DNA from: Patescibacteria group bacterium | Lineage (GTDB): Bacteria; Patescibacteriota; Patescibacteriia; UBA9934 | NCBI GenBank assembly: GCA_018062825.1 | Contig: JAGORL010000001.1 | Span: forward strand, 47,137 to 111,136 | Direction: 5' to 3' | DNA length: 64,000 bases | In this document: one piece after another, positions 58,668 to 64,000 of the stretch | Numbering within the stretch: the first letter of the stretch is position 1 | How the letters are laid out: the number at the start of each line of letters is the position of its first letter | The notes under the pieces: model-generated | Seen by the model: only the letters and a program-made list of their open reading frames with translations | Databases searched by the model: none | What the model was told of the DNA's origin: nothing | Position numbers and translations under genes: made by a program

Positions 58668-58744
58668 TGGTGGCTGGAGTGGGAATCGAACCCACGACCT
58701 AAGGCTTATGAGTCCTTCGCTCTAACCGACTGAGCTACCCAGCC
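58668..58744 (-). tRNA. tRNA-Met elongator (anticodon CAT; could be Ile2 if lysidinylated)
   Basis: Cloverleaf with G1:C72 and anticodon loop CTCATAA. T-loop GGTTCGATTCC. Encoded CCA. Confidence 0.8.
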
Positions 58745-58829
58745 AAAAACGGTAAAATAATAACAAACCAAGGAAAAGAGGGCAAGCAGTAGCCGAATTA
58801 GCGCTAATATGCTACTATAATCGCCAGAT

Positions 58830-59306
58830 ATGACCCTCACAACCCATGCCGCAATCGGTATTGCGATCGGCTCAGTTATTGGTCAGCCAGCGCTAGGTTT
58901 CGCTCTTGGAGCCGCCTCGCATTTTCTTGTAGACATGATCCCGCACGGGGACAATTATCTAGCAGATGGCTATAAATCAAAGCAAAAAACCAAGATGGCC
59001 CTTGCCTATGTATCTACGGATGCAGCGCTAGCAATTTTGGTTCTTTTAGCGGTTTTCGCTACCCGTCCAGAAGGTGGAACCCCTAATATTGCCTTTGCAG
59101 CTACGGTAGCTGGTAGCGTGCTCCCGGATCTCATTGTGGGTCTTTCAGAACTGGTAAGTAAGGAGTACCGCTTCTTCCGAGCTTTCAACAAAGTACATTT
59201 TTTCTTTCACGACTTCTTCTCGCGCCGGTATGGTGATGTGCGTCTAAGCTATGCGCTTATTGCGCAGGCAGGTTTCATCGCGATTCTCCTCAACTTCGTC
59301 TACTAA
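58830..59306 (+). CDS. hypothetical polytopic membrane protein
   Basis: 158 aa, four hydrophobic helices. Confidence 0.35.
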   Translation: MTLTTHAAIGIAIGSVIGQPALGFALGAASHFLVDMIPHGDNYLADGYKSKQKTKMALAYVSTDAALAILVLLAVFATRPEGGTPNIAFAATVAGSVLPDLIVGLSELVSKEYRFFRAFNKVHFFFHDFFSRRYGDVRLSYALIAQAGFIAILLNFVY

Positions 59307-59335
59307 ACAAAAACTCCCCGTTTCCGGGGAGTTTT
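59304..59335. terminator. bidirectional terminator
   Basis: aaaaa-ctccccg-tttc-cggggag-ttttt. Confidence 0.55.
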
Positions 59336-59421
59336 TGGTACCACGAGAGGGACTCGAACCCTCAATCCATCGCTGGAAGCGGATTTTGAGTCCGCCGCGT
59401 ATACCATTCCGCCATCGTGGC
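59336..59421 (-). tRNA. tRNA-Leu (anticodon CAA)
   Basis: 86 nt with long variable arm. Anticodon stem-loop gcgga-CTCAAAA-tccgc. Encoded CCA. Confidence 0.8.
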
Positions 59422-59521
59422 AAGCGGGGATAGGGTAACAGAAAGCGGTAGCGGAGGGAAGAGGGATGTTTGGTAACAAGGCATGCCTATATGTGCCGCA
59501 AGATCAGAAAAATGGAGGAAT

Positions 59522-59550
59522 AAAAAAATCCCACAAAAGTGGGATTTTTT
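59522..59550. terminator. bidirectional terminator
   Basis: aaaaaaa-tcccac-aaaa-gtggga-ttttttt. Confidence 0.55.
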
Positions 59551-59627
59551 TGGTTGCAGGGGTCGGATTTGAACCGACGACCTCCGGGTTATGAGCCCGG
59601 CGAGCTGCCTGGCTGCTCTACCCTGCG
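59551..59627 (-). tRNA. initiator tRNA-fMet (anticodon CAT)
   Basis: C1xA72 mismatch, three G:C pairs at the base of the anticodon stem (ccGGG-CTCATAA-CCCgg). Close to E. coli tRNA-fMet. Confidence 0.85.
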
Positions 59628-59705
59628 TTAGAGGTGGCGAAACTATAGCATAACGCCCTTGGCATGGCAAGAAAATCTCGGTACCGTAATGCGGCTGGAG
59701 GTGTC

Positions 59706-60098
59706 ATGACAAGTGATTCAAACCCGCGTGAAGCGCGGATTAGGAAGATTGGGGAAAGTGGTGGAATATGCACGGATATAAAGTCCGGAGATACCGTGTT
59801 TTTCACCTGGGAAGAACACAGGGATTTCGAACTTTTTCCAGAGCTGATCGACTACCTGAAGGCCGGCAATTTGAAGGTAGGTGATGCGATTATCTACAAC
59901 CGTCGCGTCCGAAATCTCAAGCCGTCAGAGATCGAACGCGAACGACGCAAGAAAGAAGCTCCTAAGGCAGCAACGCTTGCCGGCAGACTCAGGGCTTTTT
60001 TCTGGCGCCCGACTGAGGATCTGCGAATGCTGACTGGTGGCTGTGCTACCGATCTTGCAATCGCTGCAGCATATTGGTACGTGCCAAAGGCGCCGTGA
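59706..60098 (+). CDS. hypothetical protein
   Basis: Track ORF 59664..60098. Basic, no motif. Confidence 0.3.
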   Translation: MTSDSNPREARIRKIGESGGICTDIKSGDTVFFTWEEHRDFELFPELIDYLKAGNLKVGDAIIYNRRVRNLKPSEIERERRKKEAPKAATLAGRLRAFFWRPTEDLRMLTGGCATDLAIAAAYWYVPKAP

Positions 60099-60217
60099 AC
60101 CATACTTTGCTCAAATGTCTCCCCGTACGCCGACCCTTAGCCAAGGGTCGGTGGTTTTTTCTCTACACAGGGCGGCTCGAAAGACTCAAAAAAGAATGCT
60201 AGAATCACGCGGAAGCT

Positions 60218-60988
60218 ATGGCGCATATTGTCTCAATCGTGAACCAAAAAGGTGGTGTCGGAAAGACCACTACCAGTATGAACTTAGCGGCATACCTGTC
60301 GCTTTTTGGTAAGCGAGTGCTGCTTGTTGATCTAGATCCTCAAGGCAATGCCTCAAGTGGCCTTGGTCTTGATATCTCTGATCTTCAAGGCACATATGAG
60401 GTGCTCGGTGGCGCTGATCCTAAGCCGCTTGTTATGGCGACTGCTCACGAAGGGTTATACATCTTGCCGGCTAATCAAGATTTGGCCGGCGCACAGGTGG
60501 AGCTTGTGAATGAGTTCAACCGAGAGCGGAAATTATTTACCGCACTTGAGTCACTGCGAGATGATTACGACTACATGATTATTGATAACCCACCATCGCT
60601 TGGGCTATTGACGATCAACGGTCTCGTGGCCAGTGATAGCGTCCTCGTACCTGTTCAGGCAGAGTATTATGCTCTTGAGGGCCTTGGGCAACTGCTGCAC
60701 ACGGTGAAACTCATCCAAGACAATATCAAACCGGAACTTGAGGTGTTTGGCGCCGTGATCACAATGTTCGACCCAAGAACAAAGTTATCCAATCAGGTAC
60801 TCCAAGAACTGTACAAGCACTTTCCGGGAAAAATCTTCCGCTCGGTAATTCCACGCAGTATTCGGCTAGCAGAAGCGCCAAGTTACGGACAATCTATCAT
60901 TCACTATGATGCATACTCCAAGGCAGCCAAGGCGTATGAACGTTTAGCAAAAGAATTCTTGGAGCGTGAAGAAACCGTAATCGTATGA
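60218..60988 (+). CDS. parA: chromosome partitioning ATPase ParA/Soj
   Basis: VNQKGGVGKTTT deviant Walker A. Confidence 0.9.
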   Translation: MAHIVSIVNQKGGVGKTTTSMNLAAYLSLFGKRVLLVDLDPQGNASSGLGLDISDLQGTYEVLGGADPKPLVMATAHEGLYILPANQDLAGAQVELVNEFNRERKLFTALESLRDDYDYMIIDNPPSLGLLTINGLVASDSVLVPVQAEYYALEGLGQLLHTVKLIQDNIKPELEVFGAVITMFDPRTKLSNQVLQELYKHFPGKIFRSVIPRSIRLAEAPSYGQSIIHYDAYSKAAKAYERLAKEFLEREETVIV

Positions 60989-61941
60989 ACAAAAGTAAAG
61001 GTGGACTCGGTCGCGGCTTAGGGTCACTCCTGTCTGCGCCCCCACAGGGTTCACAAAGCGCAGTTGTAGGTACGGTGAATTCAGCTGCGCCGGTCGCAGT
61101 GGAAGTGAATACACCTCAGCAGATACCGGCACTGATCCCGCAAGATACCCAAGATGCGCAAACGCAATTGCGTATTTTAGAAGTGAGCCCACTGACAATT
61201 AAGGTCAATCCGCGTCAGCCACGCATGCTCTTTTCAGAAGAGCACCTATCTGAACTTGCCGATAGCATTAAGGAGCACGGTATTTTGCAGCCGCTTGTTG
61301 TAAGCGAGAATGCTCCGGGTTCGTATGAGCTTATTGCCGGTGAGCGTCGTTTACGAGCGGCATCGTTTCTTGGTCTAGCAACCGTGCCGGTTGTGATTCG
61401 TCCAAAAGAAGGTGATCAAAAGAAGTTAGAGCTCGCGTTGATTGAAAACATCCAGCGCCAAGATCTCAATCCAGTTGAAGAGGCGCGCGCCTATAAGCTC
61501 CTTGCTGAAACCTTTGGCTTGCGCCAGGAGGATATTGCCCAAAAGATGGGTAAAAGCCGCTCAGCGATTGCAAACACCATGCGCTTGTTGGAGCTTGAGG
61601 AGGAGATGCTTGCCGCGCTAGCTGAGGGTAAAATCTCTCGCTCGCACGCTCGCACCCTGTTAGCTGAACCGATTCCGAGCCGTCGCAAAGTGCTTTTTGA
61701 AAAGATGCTCGAGGGCGGTATGACGGTGCGCGAAGCTGAGGCAAGAGCCGGGGCTCGCAGCCGTCAACTACGTTTGGATAAAGATCCAAACATCGCCGCT
61801 ATCGAGATTGAGCTTCGTGAACGCTTTGGTACAAAGGTAACCATTGATGAGCAAGGAACGGGTGGTAAGGTCGTTATTCAATTCTACTCCCGAGAAGATC
61901 TGAAAGAATTGGTACGAAAACTTACCGCACCCGCCGCATAA
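60985..61941 (+). CDS. parB: chromosome partitioning protein ParB/Spo0J
   Basis: GERRLRAA ParB box, HTH. Confidence 0.85.
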   Translation: MNKSKGGLGRGLGSLLSAPPQGSQSAVVGTVNSAAPVAVEVNTPQQIPALIPQDTQDAQTQLRILEVSPLTIKVNPRQPRMLFSEEHLSELADSIKEHGILQPLVVSENAPGSYELIAGERRLRAASFLGLATVPVVIRPKEGDQKKLELALIENIQRQDLNPVEEARAYKLLAETFGLRQEDIAQKMGKSRSAIANTMRLLELEEEMLAALAEGKISRSHARTLLAEPIPSRRKVLFEKMLEGGMTVREAEARAGARSRQLRLDKDPNIAAIEIELRERFGTKVTIDEQGTGGKVVIQFYSREDLKELVRKLTAPAA

Positions 61942-63393
61942 GTGATGACCAGATGCCTTGACGCTGCGCGCGTAGGGCATCTTTTATTTTCTCCTTAGCA
62001 TGACGAGTTTTTACAAACTGCAACCAATCCTCATTGGGAAGTTTGCGATTTTTATCAACGATAATCTCACACATGTCACCTGATTTGAGGCGGGTATCAA
62101 GAGCACGAATTTCGCCATTCACTCGGCACTGCACAGCTTTATTGCCGATTTCTGAGTGGATTGCGTACGCTAAGTCAACCGGCGTTGCCTCTTCAGGAAG
62201 ATCAAGAACATCTCCGCGTGGGGTAAAGACGAAGATGTGGCCATTAAACATGTCGAACTTAAGCTCATTCAAGTGACGCATGAAGTCGCTTGTTGAGAGT
62301 TCTTTCTGGATAAGGGCGAGTTCTTCCATCCACCGCACCTGGCGCTCCTTATCATTTTCACCTTCTTTGTATTTCCAGTGCGCCGCAATACCGTATTCAT
62401 TCTCCTCATGCATGGTTTTAGTACGAATCTGAAACTCGAGGATTGAGCCATCTTTGTCAAAAACAGTGGTGTGGAGTGATTGATAGCCGTTTGGCTTTGG
62501 CTGAGCGATGTAATCCTTAATACGCCCCGGAAGCGGGGTATACATACCGTGCAAAATACCAAGAACCGCGTAACAATCTGGAATAGAATTTACAACAACA
62601 CGCAGGGCAACGATGTCATACACCTTGCTCATGTCACCCTTATAGCGCTCCAGTTTTTTGTGCAGTGAATAGCAGTGCTTAACGCGGCCGTGAACGCTTG
62701 CTCCTTTAATACCATGCTCTTGTGAGCTTATATCGACCTCCTTGAGGGCGCGATCCATGGCTGGTCCAAATTTCTTAACGCGCTCTTCAAGAAGATGCTG
62801 AGTCCAGCTATACGATTTAGGATCCAGGTACTTAAAGGAGTAATCCTCAAAAGCACCACGGTATTCACCCATACCAAGGCGGTTAGCGATCGGGGCGTAG
62901 ATTTCCAGCACTTCTTTAGCAATGCGTAGCCGTTTATGTTCTGGAAGCGCATAAAGCGTTTCCAGGTTATGCATACGATCAGCAAACTTAATGAAAATAA
63001 CGCGTACATCTTCCGCCATGGCAACGAACATCTTGCGCAAGTTCTCAGCGTAGCGTTCCTCGCCACGATACTTCACCTTTCCAAGCTTAGTGATCGCTCC
63101 AACCATGTGCGCGACGTCATCGCCAAAAGCGTCACGAACATCCTCCACGGTTTTAGAGGTATCTTCTGGCACGTCATGCAGAATACCTGCAGCAATAACA
63201 CTACTTGGCAGCTTCAACATGGCGAGCTTTTTCGCAACCTCTGCAGCATGAAAAAAGTAAGGCTCACCGGTGTGGCGCACCTGACCGTCATGGGCTTGTT
63301 GTGCAAACACATATGCCCGCTCTATAAGCGAAACATCCTCGCTTGTATAGCGATCATCCAAGAGGTCACGCAGTTGTGGAAACGAAGTCTCCA
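61922..63393 (-). CDS. rel: compact bifunctional (p)ppGpp synthetase/hydrolase (long RSH with HD, SYNTH and TGS domains)
   Basis: HD (ILHDVPEDT), synthetase (ALRVVVN..GYQSLHTTVF..EFQIRTKTMHE..AAHWKYKEG), TGS. Track ORF extends to 63616; ATG near 63393 (METSFPQL) is the likely start. Confidence 0.85.
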
Positions 63394-63423
63394 TAGTGCT
63401 CTGACAATATCCCTCAATCCGGG

Positions 63424-63459
63424 TTTGGTAAAGGGGGTAGGTAGAGATGGTACAATATA
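63424..63459 (+). promoter_or_regulatory. candidate extended -10 promoter
   Basis: TTGGTA - 17 nt - TGgTACAAT, just upstream of the 63465 ORF. Confidence 0.35.
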
Positions 63460-63464
63460 CATGT

Positions 63465-63821
63465 ATGCAAAAAAACTCGGGATCCGAGGCTTTATCGGCT
63501 ATTGCAGAAGAAGCGCGCCAGCACGGAAAAGAGCTGGCTGAGTTATTAAATGCCTCGCCAATTTCCGATGATGAGAAAGCCGCTTGGGCTACGCTTATTC
63601 CAGCCATGGACGCCACTGCGCTTGGGCAACTAGAAGCGGTGCTTAAAAAGAAGCTACAGGAGTTGGCTGCGGATGCCTTTGAGGAACAGATAATTACTAT
63701 CCGAGCCAGTGAAGCAAGGCGTCACTTAGAAGAGGCGGCTATTACTACGGATTTCGTACATGCACTTGATGATCTTGAAGCAGAATTTTTGGCCGCTGAA
63801 GAAGCTGGCTCTAAAGAATAG
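63465..63821 (+). CDS. hypothetical acidic helical protein
   Basis: Track ORF 63447..63821. Confidence 0.3.
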   Translation: MQKNSGSEALSAIAEEARQHGKELAELLNASPISDDEKAAWATLIPAMDATALGQLEAVLKKKLQELAADAFEEQIITIRASEARRHLEEAAITTDFVHALDDLEAEFLAAEEAGSKE

Positions 63822-63823
63822 GT

Positions 63824-64000
63824 ATGGCAAAAAAGGGTCGACCAATAGCAGATAAGCCGATGCGAGAAGCTCACGAAGCTCCAAGTAGAGAGCGCGTCTT
63901 TGATATTACGGATTTTCCTCAACTAGCCGGCGCCACCCGAGCTTTTCATGATTTAAACCTTGATTTTGAAAAGCGACGTGGGCCAGGGGATATTGAAGGC
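63824..64000 (+). CDS. hypothetical protein, 5' partial (runs off window)
   Basis: ATG at 63824 (MAKKGRPIADKP...), open to window end. Confidence 0.25.
   Translation, partial: MAKKGRPIADKPMREAHEAPSRERVFDITDFPQLAGATRAFHDLNLDFEKRRGPGDIEG

Noticed and set aside
59430-59520. Possible small RNA or CRISPR-like repeat between tRNA-Leu and tRNA-fMet
   Set aside because: No direct repeats or conserved structure found. Most simply promoter/spacer sequence for the tRNA genes. No CRISPR arrays or IS/transposase genes were seen anywhere in the window.

Overview
The window reads as a contiguous chromosomal segment of a small, ~50% GC bacterial genome with a CPR/Patescibacteria-like (possibly Saccharibacteria-like) gene order. 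It is dominated by housekeeping genes. From 5' to 3': ftsH (partial), rpsA, gyrA, rpmF-nusB-rnc, tRNA-Lys and tRNA-Arg, proS, a DUF4157 protein, hup, rny, truB/mutM, infB, trxA-trxB, an M23 peptidase, rarA, rsmB-like, a Glu/Leu dehydrogenase, leuS, a split comEC, ndk, murA, an M50 protease, then one uninterrupted str-S10-spc ribosomal super-operon (rpsL, rpsG, fusA, tuf, rpsJ, rplC ... rplO, secY, adk, map) with no L30 gene, followed by ruvX, recO, a T-box-controlled aspS, scpAB, dacA, three minus-strand tRNAs (Met, Leu, initiator fMet), parAB and a compact rel.

The main anomaly is three separate single-gene cassettes at ~62-66% GC, each with its own Shine-Dalgarno sequence and GC-rich terminator hairpin, inserted cleanly into native intergenic spacers. 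They encode a 414-aa HD-superfamily phosphohydrolase, an AadA/ANT-like Pol-beta nucleotidyltransferase, and a 408-aa protein whose C-terminal half carries the RelA/SpoT alarmone-synthetase motifs (RxKxxxSxxxK, DxxGxR, EVxV). Together these look like horizontally acquired (Actinobacteria-like GC) nucleotide-signalling or toxin-antitoxin-like cargo: a toxSAS-like synthetase, an HD hydrolase and an NTase. They sit next to a native rel and ndk.

Other points of interest:
- a 320-nt structured spacer with an attenuator-like terminator between rpsJ and rplC
- an Asp T-box leader upstream of aspS
- an orphan Phd/YefM-like gene inside the str operon
- lysine-rich extensions shared by L32 and L23
- a membrane DUF4157 HExxH protein
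- a frameshift-split comEC

Coordinates taken from my own read of the sequence may be off by about 1-3 nt. ORF-track coordinates are used wherever possible.
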